Below the pieces are notes generated by a model. It was not told where the DNA came from, searched no databases, and saw only the letters and a program-made list of their open reading frames with translations. This document shows, in pieces, positions 43,201 through 55,732 of a stretch of 64,000 bases of DNA; within the stretch, counting starts at the first letter, position 1; every line of letters starts with the position of its first letter. Made by a program: the position numbers and the translations under genes. The DNA comes from Macrostomum lignano. Its lineage: Eukaryota. The stretch lies in contig NIVC01000251.1 of the NCBI GenBank assembly GCA_002269645.1, positions 558,001 to 622,000 on the forward strand. Direction: 5' to 3'.

Positions 43201-46200
43201 AGCAGTATACATGTAGACCGCAGAATGCAGTTTAAAACAAACATTTCATAAAAGCCCACACACACATCGTAAAAGTTAGTATTTTTTACAACGACAACAA
43301 TCGGGCACCGGGCCGGCTTGTAAAGGCTGCAAGCACGAAATTACAAAACACATTCTTTGGGGCGGACTTGGGTTGCAAAAAATAAATTGAAATTTTCGTG
43401 CGCAATACTCTTAATTAAGTGCACTGTGAGAGTTGCAGGTTAACATTAGCAGTGCCTCTACTCGCTCAGTAATAATGACTCTTTGGGTGGCTGCATGCAT
43501 GCGGTGCGCCGGAGACCAGAAAATGGACGGAAAACATAACTGTAGTCGACTGAGCTTTCTCATAAAAATGATTAAATATAAAAAGTCGTAAGATGAAACT
43601 GGGAGTAAGATTCTCAAAGTCTCAAACCCAGATTCATGGAATCACAGGGAGACTAGATGTTTCCAATTCTCAGAATCTCAGTGAGACCAGATGTTTCCAA
43701 TTCTCAGAATCTCAGTGAGACTAGATGTTTCCAATTCTCAAAATCTCAATGAGACCAGATGTTTCCAATTCTCAGAAACTCAGTGAGACTAGATGTTTCC
43801 AATTCTCAGAATCTCAGTGAGACCAGATGTTTCCAATTCTCAGAAACTCAGTGAGACTAGATGTTTCCAATTCTCAGAATCTCAGTGAGACTAGATGTTT
43901 CCAATTCTCAGAATCTCATTGAGACTAGATGTTTCTAATTCTCAGAATCTCAGTGAGACTAGATGTTTCCAATTCTCAGAATCTCAATGAGACTAGATGT
44001 TTCCAATTCTCAGAATCTCAATGAGACTAGATGTTTCCAATTCTCAGAATCTCAATGAGACCAGATGTTTCCAATTCTCAAAATCTCAATGAGACCAGAT
44101 GTTTCCAATTCTCAGAATCTCAATGAGACTAGATGTTTCCAATCCTCAGAATCTCAGTGAGACTAGATACTTCTAATTCTCAGAATCTCAATTAGACTAA
44201 ATGTTTCCGATTCTCAGAATCTCAATTAGACTAGATAATAGATGTTTCCAAGTCTCAAAATCTCAGTGAGACTAGATGCTGGCTTTTATTAAAGATATTT
44301 TTAGATACCTTTTTAAATTAGAAGATTAGCAAGATTAGAATAAATTTAAATAATTCCCATTCCAAGATAAGCGAAGCTCAATCAAGGTGCAAAATCTTTT
44401 CCCAGACAAGGAGAGCATTGGACTGTGCAATCAGATCAAACTGGAGTGATCAAGTTCAAAGGGAATATCCGACACTACGCTATTTAGCGATGAGATCAGA
44501 TTGAATTGGAACAAATAAAACTGAGAATTGGGTTCACGGCGGTGAACTACACACACACACACACACACAGAGGAGCGAGCGGTATCTTTTGATCTCGCCA
44601 AGTGGGCGAAGTGAGGAACGAAGTGTTTTTTAAAGGAAATCTTGATTAGGTTTTTTGCATAGGATCAAATGACGGCGAGGCAATTTTGGTCACGCAAATT
44701 CAGATTCTTCAGTTTTTTTCACTTTCACTTAAAAAGAGGGACGGTTGCCTAATGTCGACCTTGGCGTCTTCTTGCCGGCTTATTTTGTTTAAAATGGATC
44801 TGTCCATTTATTTTTTTCTCTGTGCACTGGACATTGGGAACGAGGCGGTTTTGCATGGTCACGCGATTTCGCCCTATAGTTTATGTCACCGCTGTGTTGT
44901 GCAATGCCATTTAGAAAATGACCTCGTGAATTAGCCAGTGAACCAGGGAGATCTTAAATGCAACATCTGGAATGCTATTTAGGCTGGTAGTTTTATTTTA
45001 TGGAACGTTAAACATTTTGACTTATTTTGAATTAAAACAAACATTATTTCATTTATGTAGAAGTCTTGAGTATTTATCGTAAATATTTATTAGGAAATTA
45101 AAAACATTGTGACTAATATATATATTTGTTTTTTGTTATAATGTTTGCATTCTCTTTGTTTTCAGCGATATAATTCGTTCGCGTCATATTTTAAATATGA
45201 CAATATGACAATATGACTAAATTATACAACAATAATTTAGTCTTAAAAATTGATTGTTTATTTATAAGCTTTAAAACAAAGAATATAACAAAAAACTAAA
45301 GTTAATTTGTTGCTAATTGGCTAAAAATAAAATTATGATTGTATGCAGTTTTCACTCTAGAGTATTAGCCAATAGCAATTTGTATATAGCCAGTGCTCCA
45401 TGTCTTTGGCATGGGAGGAAAAACTCCCGTCGAAATCCATTTGCTTTCCCAGCCTAAAAGGCCCGGCTTGCTTAGGAAATGCATTTCTGCAGGGGAGAAA
45501 GTGGCTGTGCCAACCAACCACTTCAAACAGCCGCTTGCATGCATGGTTTCTTGAAAACATCCATAAGAAAGGCGACAGTGAAATGGCCACCTCGACTAGC
45601 AATTTGCGTCAAAGTCCGATCCAAGTGCTTTTTAAGCTAATAGGCATTTTGTATAGGCAAACACGTTCACGCAAGGCCTCAATTTGTTAAACACAAAGTT
45701 TCTACGAGTAAAACGTTTTTTGCCTTTGTCGAATATGGTTTCCAGCCCCCCCCCCCAAAAAAAAAAATCGGTAGATCTGATTTACTTTCTTTCCTGTTGA
45801 CTTTAGATTAGATAAATTCTTCATAATCTTCTTTTGAAAGCTTTGACTTTGTAGAATAATACAGGAATACAATTTGGTAAAATTGGTAATCACTGACGGC
45901 TGCAACGGTTTGTGGGAATATTCTGCGTAAACATTGCCTTTTGCTTGGTGTTCCTATAAACAGCTAAATTGTTAACTTAGCATTTATGGCGAAATTTCTC
46001 ATTTCTGTCTCTTCACCTTTATCTTCTTAGCTCTCCCTTCTCCCTGTCCCTCCCCCTCTCTCCCTCTCCCTCTCTCCCTCCTCTCTCCCTCTCTCTTTTT
46101 CTACCTCTCTCCCTCTCTCCCTCTTTCTTCTCTCCCTCTCCCTCTCTCCCTCTTTCCTCTCTCGCTCTCCCCTCTCTCCCTCTCTCCCTCTCTCCCTCTC

Positions 46201-49200
46201 TCCCTCTCCCTTCTCTCCCTCTCCCTTCTCTCCCTCTCCATTTTCCTCACATTCGCATCTCACTTTCATCTCAATACGCAACCAGCCTCTCTATCTACCC
46301 CTCATCCGCCCACGCCCGCTCCAACCGCCCAGACGAGAAGCTCCTACCTTTGGCGGATCGATCACAGCCCGCCAGCCTACCTGCTGGGCACAATTCACGT
46401 ACCGTACACGGCAGTATGGGACAGCTTGAGTCCCACAGTGCTCAGAGTGCTCGACTCGGTACAGTCGGTGCATCCCGAGCTCGACCTGACCAGGCCGGAG
46501 ACACTGGCGGAGTTGACCAGGTGTCAGATGATTGAGGATGACCGAACTCAGCTGGAGGATCTGCTGCCAGATGGCATGGTGGATCGGTGAGTCAGTATGG
46601 GGATTCTAGATGGGTCAGGGATGGGGATTCTATGTGGGTCAGGGATTCTAGATGAGTCAGGGATGGGGATTCTAGATGAGTCAGGGATGGGGATTCTAGA
46701 TGAGTCAGGGATGGGGATTCTAGATGAGTCAGGGATGGGGATTCTAGATGAGTCAGGGATGGGGATTCTAGATGAGTCAGGGATGGGGATTCTAGATGGG
46801 TCAGGGATGGGGATTCTAAGTGGGTCAGAGATGGGGATTCTAAGTGGGTCAGGGATGGGGATTCTAAGTGGGTCAGGGATTGGGATTCTAAGTGGGTCAG
46901 GGATTGGGATTCTAAGTGGGTCAGGGATTGGGATTCTAAGTGGGTCAGGGATGGGGATTCTAAGTGGGTCAGGGATGGGGATTCTAAGTGGGTCAGGGAT
47001 GGGGATTCTAAGTGGGTCAGGGATGGGGATTCTAAGTGGGTCAGGGATGGGGATTCTAAGTGGGTCAGGGATTAGAATTCTAAGTGGGTCAGGGATGGGG
47101 ATTCTGTGGGTCAGGGATGGGGGATTCTAAGGGGGTCAGGGGTGGGGATTCTACACTGTAGATTGGTTAAGGGATGGGGATTCTAAGTGAGTCAGGGATG
47201 GGGATTCTGTGGGTCAGGGATGGGGGATTCTAAGTGGGTCAGGGGTGGGGATTCTACACTGTAGATTGGTTAAGGGATGGGGATTCTAAGTGAGTCAGGG
47301 ATGGGATTCTAAGTGTATCAGAGATTGGGATTCTAAGTGGGTCAAGGATGGGGATTCTACACTGTAGATTGGTAAGGGATGGGGATTCTAAGTGGGTCAG
47401 GGATGGGATTCTACTTAGATAGGTCAGGGATGGTGCTGTATATGGTTCAGTGTGGTAAACAGCACCAACAGCATGCTTAAAGAAAATTTGAACGCACAAG
47501 CAGAAGACATATCTTAATCCATTGGACCTGAAAAATGACCTGCTGTTAAACTAAAGCCTGCATGTAAGATTTTGATAGGATAATTAGTTCGTTCTCATGT
47601 CGGCTATTAATCTTCTTTTAATATTCTCGAAGTTTCTGCTTTCCTTAAAGGAATAATTTCCTTGACCTTTCTTTGACCTCTTTGACTTCGACTGAGTTGT
47701 AGAACAGCAGTTTTTGGCTGATAAAGAGATTGATAGGCTTGAACATTTTGATGGATTTCGGTTTTACAAGCAATATTAAGTTCCCTAATATGATATCACG
47801 ATCAGGCGAAACTGCCATCGAAATGTGGTTTCAAGAAAAATTTAGGAGAAATATAGTACGTTGTGGGATACCGACAGACCCTTTTTAGTATATTGGATAT
47901 AAAAAATATGAGGATAGTAAACATTGTGTAGACAGAATGAAAAATTCCAAGGGAATATGAAATTCAGAAAGGAATGTGAAATATTCGGAAGGGGAATGTG
48001 CGATTCAAAGGGATTGTGAAATTCAAGGAGAATGCGAAATTCAGGGGGGAATTTTTATTTCAGTGGAATGTGACATTCAGAGGGGATGTAAAATTCAGGG
48101 AATTTGAAATTCTGGGGAATGTGAAATTCAGGGGAACGTGAAATTCGGGGGAATATGAAATTCGGGGGAATGTGAGATTCAGGGGAATGTGAGATTCAGG
48201 GGAATATGAAATTCGGAAGAATGTGAAATTCAGGGGAATGTGAGATTCGGGGGAATGTGAGATTCGGGGGAATGTGAGATTCGGGGGAATGTGAAATTCA
48301 GGGGAATGTGAAATTCAGGGGAATGTGACATTCAGGGGAATGGGAAATTCAGGGGAATGTGACATTCAAGGGGAATGTGAACTTCAGGGGAATGTGACAT
48401 TCAAGGGGAATGTGAACTTCAGGGGAATGTGAAATTCAGGGGGAATGTGAACTTCAGGGGAATGTGAAATTCAGGGGGAATGTGACATTCTGGGGAATGT
48501 GAGATTCTGGGGAATGTGAGATTCTGGGGAATGTGAGATTCGAACTTGTGAGCCCTAAATCACCGCCTGACCAACCCCCCACCCGCAGCATTGCCACCTA
48601 CTTAGCCTCGATGTCTCAGCGCCTATCAGATCCGCGCCAATCGAGCGCGCTCAGCGCCCAGACCAGCGGTTGGCGCCGGCGCCGCCCAATCTGGTTGGCA
48701 CTCAATTTGGCCTCGCTGACCCCAGCTGACCTCGCGGCCTTCGGCACCGCACCGATGGATGTACACCTGACCCAGCGGGCAGCCCGCCGAGGCCAGCAGG
48801 TGCTGCCGCTGGAGTCGGCCCAGGACCAGTGCCGGCCGCTGAACTCCGTGCCTCGAGATGAAGCCGCCCTGGCCCTGCGGCTGACTCTCCAGCATCTGGA
48901 ACAAAGACTCGAGGCGAATCAATTCAATGGTGGCAACAAAACCAGCGACCTCGTTAGCGACTATCGCTGCGGCAGACTCGGACCTGCTGTAGTCAATGCC
49001 AGCTTCTTGCCAGATGAAGCCGTGAGAAGTCTGTCTGGCAGAGAGCTGCTGCTGTACCAGCGACTGGCAAGGCGCCTGCGGAGGTCGCTGATGAGGCTGA
49101 GGGATCTGAGAATGGCGGAGAGGATTCAGAGGCGTCTGGGGCTGGAAGAGGGCCAGTCCATGCTGTTCGCTGTGGGAGTTGGTGAGCGGTTAGATTTTAG

Positions 49201-52135
49201 AAGCTGTTAGATTTGGCGGCTAGATTTTTTAATGGGGGTTTGATAGAGCCACTTCACCGGTTAGATGTTGCGATTCTGTTCGCGTGTTAGATAGGGGATA
49301 GTGTCACACCTGTTAGACAGGAGCTAGTGTCACACCTGTTAGACAGGGGATAGTGTCACACCTGTTAGACAGGGGATAGTGTCACACCTGTAAGACAGGG
49401 GATAGTGTCACACCTGTTAGACAGGGGATAGTGTCACACTTGTTAGTCAGGGGATAGTGTCACACCTGTTGGACAGGGGATAGTGTCATATCTGTAAGAC
49501 AGGGGATAGTGTCACACCTGTTAGACAGGGGATAGTGTCACACCTGTTAGACAGGGGATAGTGTCACACCTGTTAGACAGGGGATAGTGTCACACCTGTT
49601 AGACAGGGGATAGTGTCACACCTGTTAGACAGGGGATAGTGTCACACCTGTTAGACAGGGGATAGTGTCACACCTGTTAGATAGGGGATAGTGTCACACC
49701 TGTTAGACAGGGGTTGGGTTCACGTGTTAGACAGAGGTTGGGGTTCACCTATTAGCCAGGGGTTTGGGTTCACGTGTTAGACAGGGGTTTGGGTTCACGT
49801 GTTAGACAGGGGTTTAACACGTGAGACAGGTCCATAAGCAGCACGATCTCGCACCCGCAGGCCACCTGCTCCCCAGTGAGCACAGTGTTGTGGCCCATCT
49901 GAGATCTGCAAATTTCAGCCTGCAGCTGCTGCCCTGGAATGACACGGAGCAGCGGTTAGACGGGATCTCCGGAACGTTCGGTCCGTCAAACAATCGACGT
50001 CCCATAGAATTCCCCAGCTACCCGAACTCCAGGTGGAGGTGAGCTGCTGATTCTGCGTTGATAGATACCTGTTATTATCACTAATGGGCTGTTAGGGCAG
50101 CCTAATAGACACCGTTACAGATACTGTCAGACAGACTGTAAGCCTGCCAGACAGACTGTAAGCCTTCCAGACCTACTGTAAGCTTTTCAGACATATTGTA
50201 AGCCTGTCAGACATACTGTAAGCCTGTCAGACATACTGTAAGCCTGTCAGACATACTGTAAGCCTGTCAGACATACTGTAAGCCTGTCAGACATACTGTA
50301 AGCCTGTCAGACATACTGTAAGCCTGTCAGACATACTGTAAGCCTGTCAGACATACTGTAAGCCTGTCAGACATACTGTAAGCCTGTCAGACATACTGTA
50401 AGCCTGTCAGACATACTGTAAGCCTGTCAGACATACTGTAAGCCTGTCAGACATACTGTAAGCCTGTCAGACATACTGTAAGCCTGTCAGACATACTGTA
50501 AGCCTGTCAGACATACTGTAAGCCTGTCAGACATACTGTAAGCCTGTCAGACATACTGTAAGCTTTTCAGACATATTGTAAGCCTGTCAGACATACTGTA
50601 AGCCTGTCAGACATACTGTAAGCCTGTCAGACATACTGTAAGCCTGTCAGACATACTGTAAGCCTGTCAGACATACTGTAAGCCTGTCAGACATACTGTA
50701 AGCCTGTCAGACATACTGTAGGCCTGTCAGACATACTGTAGGCCTGTCAGACATACTGTAAGCCTGTCAAACATACTGTAAGCCTGTCAGACATACTGTA
50801 AGCCTGTCAGACATATTGTAAGCCTGTCAAACATACTGTAAGCCTGTCAGACATACTGTAAGCCTGTCAGACAGACTGTAAGCCTGCCAGACATACTGTA
50901 AGCCTGTCAAACATACTGTAAGCCTGTCAGACATACTTTAAGCCTGTCAGACAGACTGTAAGCCTGCCAGACATACTGTAAGCCTGTCAGACATACTGTA
51001 AGCCTGTCAGACATACTGTAAGCCTGTCAGACATACTGTAAGCTTGTCAGACATACTGTAGGCCTGTCAGACATACTGTAGGCCTGTCAGACATACTGTA
51101 GGCCTGTCAGACATACTGTAAGCTTGTCAGACATATTGTAAGCCTGTCAGACATACTGTAAGCCTGTCAGACATACTGTAAGCCTGTCAGACATACTGTA
51201 AGCCTGTCAGACATACTGTAAGCCTGTCAGACATACTGTAAGCCTGTCAGACATACTGTAAGCCTGTCAGACATACTGTAAGCCTGTCAGACATACTGTA
51301 AGCCTGTCAGACATACTGTAAGCCTGTCAGACATACTGTAAGCCTGTCAGACATACTGTAAGCTTGCCAGACATACTGTAAACCGGTCAAACATACTGTA
51401 AGCCTGTCAGACAAACTGTAAGCCTGTCAGACATACTGTAAGCTTGCAAGACATACTGTAAACCGGTCAAACATACTGCAAGCCTGTCAGACAAACTGTA
51501 AGCCTGTCAGACATACAGTAAGCCTGTCAGACATACTGTAAGCCTGTCAGACATACTGTAAGCCTGTCAGACATACTGTAAGCCTGTCAGACATACTGTA
51601 AGCCTGTCAGACATACTGTAAGCCTGTCAGACATACTGTAAGCCTGTCAGACATACTGTAGGCCTGTCAGACATACTGTAGGCCTGTCAGACATACTGTA
51701 GGCCTGTCAGACATACTGTAAGCCTGTCAGACATACTGTAAGCCTCTCAGACAGGCTGGTGTAAAACGCTCAAGCCCCGCCAACGGCTCCCTAAGGTACC
51801 CAGACCGTCAGCGAGAATCCGCCGAGAGTCAAGCAGAAAGAGACATCTGGGAGGAAGCCAAGAAGTTCGCCCGTCAGAGATGGGAACAATTAAAAGCCGA
51901 ACGAGTCGAGTAAGCATATTTTTATTGTCTATATTTTGAGCAATAGTTAAAAAACGATTCTACAAAATGAAATCTTTTTTTTTGCAGTCAGGTAGAAAGC
52001 TCTGAGTCTTCATCGACATCATTTAAGCAGTCCAAATCTGGATCTCAGAATCTCATCAATACTGCTAAATTATGTCTAGCAGATCGACTTCTGACAGTTA
52101 TTTCAGTAACTACAGTTCTGAAAACATTGCTTTAA
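40213..52135 (+). CDS. TRABD2: TIKI (TraB-domain) Wnt-inactivating metalloprotease homolog, 6 coding exons, ~483 aa
   Basis: Exons 40213-40332, 46333-46586, 48589-49181, 49861-50038, 51751-51909 and 51988-52135 join in phase (1452 nt). Signal peptide; SYLWRI..SPPAYLLGTIHVPYT.VW, ELDLT, CQM, RRRPIWL, LES..DQC.PLN, DY.CG, FAVGVGH; hydrophobic C-terminal tail. Confidence 0.92.
40541..41285. repeat. Minisatellite: 35-bp units, then 24-bp units GGCGCCAGAATAGAACTCATGGAA (TIKI intron 1)
   Basis: Read directly; the three ~210-aa ORFs here arise from a stop-free 24-bp unit. Confidence 0.96.
42444..42822. repeat. 23-bp minisatellite CCATGGATGACGTCCCGAATGCA
   Basis: Read directly, ~16 copies. Confidence 0.94.
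43649..44278. repeat. 34-bp minisatellite GAGACTAGATGTTTCCAATTCTCAGAATCTCAGT
   Basis: Read directly, ~18 copies. Confidence 0.95.
46027..46240. repeat. CT-rich tract upstream of the TIKI exon 2 acceptor
   Basis: Read directly. Confidence 0.88.
46590..47410. repeat. 24-bp G-rich minisatellite (GATG/AGTG)(A/G)GTCAGGGATGGGGATTCTA starting at the TIKI exon 2 donor
   Basis: Read directly. Confidence 0.94.
47960..48540. repeat. 18-bp minisatellite GGGAATGTGAAATTCAGG
   Basis: Read directly; degenerate at the left end and homogeneous at the right end. Confidence 0.92.
49285..49815. repeat. 26-bp minisatellite (reverse complement of the 492-765 unit) in TIKI intron 3
   Basis: GGGGATAGTGTCACACCTGTTAGACA, ~20 copies. 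Confidence 0.95.
50110..51750. repeat. 20-bp minisatellite AGCCTGTCAGACATACTGTA, ~80 copies, filling TIKI intron 4
   Basis: Read directly; the last variant unit AGCCTCTCAG supplies the acceptor. Confidence 0.97.
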
Positions 52136-52559
52136 TTTTTGGGGGCATTGATAACAATTTTAATTTCAATTCAAAAGAGCATTGACACCTAAATTGTACA
52201 CACATGTGTCTATTTTTATTCCGGGTTTTCTCACGCTAACATCTACCTCTGGTTTGCAACCATTGTCACAATTGCATTCTTCATTATCCTGTGTTTATGC
52301 TATTCGAAAAATAAGTTGCGCTTATTCGTTCCTGACATTCGAGTTTGTGAAATTTTTTTAGCTGAGCTGCTTGATGAATAAAACAAATATGACAAAAATC
52401 AATACTTATTTTAGTATTGTGTACAATGTACTTTAAACATTTTATTTATATTTATGCTTTTTCGTACGACTTGAGCTTACTGTAAGTAGAGTTAATTGTA
52501 AATTGTTATAAAAAAATACTCGTCTTTTGATAAATTGTAAATTGTTGGCCCTTAAAAGA

Positions 52560-52680
52560 TTCACCTGTGTGTCACCTGTAGACACCTGGAATAGTGTCAC
52601 ACCTGTTAGACAGGGGATAGTGTCACACCTGTTAGACAGGGGATAGTGTCACCTGTTAGACAGGGTTGGGTTCACCTGTT
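52560..52680. repeat. Short array of the 26-bp family
   Basis: ATAGTGTCACACCTGTTAGACAGGGG units. Confidence 0.85.
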
Positions 52681-52740
52681 ATTCGATCTCTAAGTGCACC
52701 AACGAGTTTCAGGTGGTATCGCAATATCCTTTAGCCGTCC

Positions 52741-54618
52741 TTATGTCGCATCCGTCACCTTGGCAGTGAGCTCCCGGCCTCCTCCAGCATTGCTTTCGGG
52801 CCGCTTGCAGACGGAGAAGCAACCTGTCAGCAGCAGGATTCGAACTCGCGTACGCAATCGGCTGGACATTGTTAGGCAGATATAGAAATTGATGCCGTGG
52901 TTTGTGTAGGCCAGTAGCAGTAAGAAGCTGTACAGCCTCTGAGATTCGTTCGACCAGTGGATGACGCTCAGCGATCGAAGGACCATCAGCAGTCTGAGGG
53001 AACGATTAGATGAAAAACAGGGTGTTATATATTGTATATAAGGTACCACAGTGAAAGCTAAAATTGCTTTCACGTGTTAATAATTACCATAGGACCCCTA
53101 ATTTACAGTCAAGCGATGAGTGCCAAGAATAGTGTCAGTAGGGGCGCCAAGTTAGTGTCAGTAGGGACGCCAAGTTGAGTGTCAGTAGGGGCGCCAAGTT
53201 AGTGTCAGTAGGGACGCCAAGTTGAGTGTCAGTAGGGGCGCCAAAATGAGTGTCAGTAGGGGCGCCAAAGTGAGTGTCAGTAAGGGCGCCAAAATGAGTG
53301 TCAGTAGGGGCGCCAAAATGAGTGTCAGTAGGGACGCCAAAATGAGTGTCAGTAGGGGCGCCAAAATGAGTGTCAGTAGGGGCGCCAAAGTGAGTGTCAG
53401 TAGAGGCGCCAAAGTGAGTGTCAGTAGGGGCGCCAAGTGAGTGTCAGTAGGGGCGCCAAAGTGAGAGTCCGTAGGGGCGCCAAAATGAGTGTCAGTAGGG
53501 GCGCCAAGTTAGTGTCAGTAGGGACGCCAAGTTGAGTGTCAGTAGGGGCGCCAAAGTGAGAGTCAGTAGGGGCCCCAAAGTGAATGTCAGTTGGGGCGCC
53601 AAAGTGAGAGTCAGTAGGGGCGCCAAGTGAGTGTCAGTGAGGGCGCTTAAGTGAGTGCCAGAGACACTGCAACAAGCAACAAATTGTGCATCTTATACCT
53701 GGCAGGTAGCATGGTAACTAAAAAGAACGCCGACAAGACTAGCAGCATTCGAAAAGTTCGAATTTCCTTTCGAGCAGTTGAGGCCGCAGACGTTTTCGTT
53801 AACGAAGCCATTGAGGCGAGTTTTGCCAATGCGATCAAGTTGCTTAGCAACAAGATGATTGCAGGTAGAAGCAATCTTAAAATCAGATCGGCAATGGAGA
53901 AAGTAGACAGCAGATCTACTAGAGCTATGCAGCATTGGCTGCCAGGCGATTCAAGTCGCATGGCAACCAGCACAACGACATTCTTAGCGCAGGAAGCAAC
54001 TAGCATGGTTGTCATAGCAACCAGACAAGCTCGTCTAGTGAACAGACGTCTAGCAGTGAGCGGCGCCAAGATGCAAGCCAGCCTCTCGCAGCTCACGGTG
54101 CAGAGAAGCCACACGGCCAATTCTGTTGCCAGGTGAGCCAAAAAAGTCTGACCTGGACAGAGCAGCTGACCCAGCAACGATTCGGCTGGCAGAGCCTCGC
54201 GGATGTCCCAGTTGGCCAGCGCGAGGCCGGCGTGACGTCCTGCGGCAACCAGCAGGCTGGCGAGGTCGGCAACAGCGAGATAGCGTAGCAGAACTCGCGT
54301 TGATTCGGCAACGACAACGGGTGCTACAGCTTGGCGATGCTTTGCAGCAGCAGAGAAAGCCAGTACAGCAATAACGTTGCCGATAGCTCCGAAGATTAGC
54401 AGTCCAACGGCCGACAGGCCGAGAATTAATCGGCCGGTGTCAATCTCGACTTGATGGCCGAGTTCAAAGTCGTCCGAGGAGGTGAAGTTACTTGCGTTGC
54501 TCGCTTTGGAACTTGCTATGGAAGAGGCAGAAATTACGGACGGGCAGGTTAAGCTGATTCTGGAAGACTCCCAGTTGTCGAATTGAGTATGTTCCAACAT
54601 TATGCTTGTTGAATCCAT
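52741..54618 (-). CDS. Class A (rhodopsin-like) GPCR, peptide-receptor-like, 2 exons, ~390 aa
   Basis: Exons 54618-53699 and 52993-52741 join in phase (AG|GTATAA donor; CTAAT..CCCTCAG acceptor). GN in TM1, LAVAD in TM2, ERL for DRY, C...C, and NHGINFYI in TM7. Confidence 0.9.
53130..53650. repeat. 24-bp minisatellite GGCGCCAAAATGAGTGTCAGTAGG in the GPCR intron
   Basis: Read directly; same family as 56266-56890. Confidence 0.95.
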
Positions 54619-55732
54619 GCATTTAGTGTGGTGAGCTTTTTTGTGTCCACAGGTTTAGTCTTTAATTTATATTCCTATGGATGCCGAATCCTTGCGATAT
54701 GCATTGATAACTTTGTTTGTTTAAGTGTTTCAAACTCTGAAGTACGAGAGTACGTGCGAGAGTACGCGTTTGCAAGGTAGAAATGACGTATTCCAACGAA
54801 TCAATCGAGAAACTGATTAATTTTGCTCAAACGTCAGCACGATATTTATAGTCACAATATATACTCATGGCCGGGATTAAATTTTATGGTTGATAAGACT
54901 CATAGTACTCGAGTACATGATATTTGTACAGGTTTGAGCACACGCTATCATTTTATTACTTGTCAAGCTTTAACTGCAAATATATGATTTATTATCTATA
55001 CGGACTGGCATATAGACTTGATAACAATTTTCTAATTCCGTGCTAAGCATATGTACTTTAGCGTTCCAGACATGTACTGTACATATGTATTTTCCTGTCA
55101 TGAAATACATACATGTACATGTTCTTTAGCGCTCCTGACGCATGTACATGTGTATAGTAAGATGTAGTCTGGCACCCCTCAAGCACTTACAACAAGTTAA
55201 TTACTTTGTTAATTATTGTTAAAGTGAATAAATAAAGCAATATATTTATAAACTATAATTCTTTGAACCTTTCACAGCAAGGCAACACAAACAAGAAGGC
55301 CTGTATAGGACATACCACGTCCGGATATCACAAAAATTTGCAACACTAAACAGGTGTCTTTTTATGATTTTGAACTAGTAACTATAAACTACAGTATACG
55401 TGACAATCAAAAGTTTAATATTGCATTGTCATTGAAATTGAAGCTAATGTTGTATAAGTAACGAAGTGTACAAGCAAAATTGTACATAATTCTGGTTGCT
55501 AGAATGGGTTCTGGGTAATAATATCACTAATATTTGAAATAGAGAATTTAAATTTATGCATTAAAAAAGACGTCTAACAAAATACAAACCCCTGCAGACT
55601 ACTACTCATAAAGAGTCAGTAGCATATACAGGTTAGATTTTTGTTTAATTTTGTGCAATCAAAAAACTTTCAATTGTCTCAAACAGTAAAACAACATAAA
55701 AGGCCGATTTTTTTCAAGTGTACGAGAGCCAC

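Noticed and set aside
45357-45690. Protein-like ORFs in TIKI intron 1
   Set aside because: Short, with no recognisable motif or convincing splice pair.
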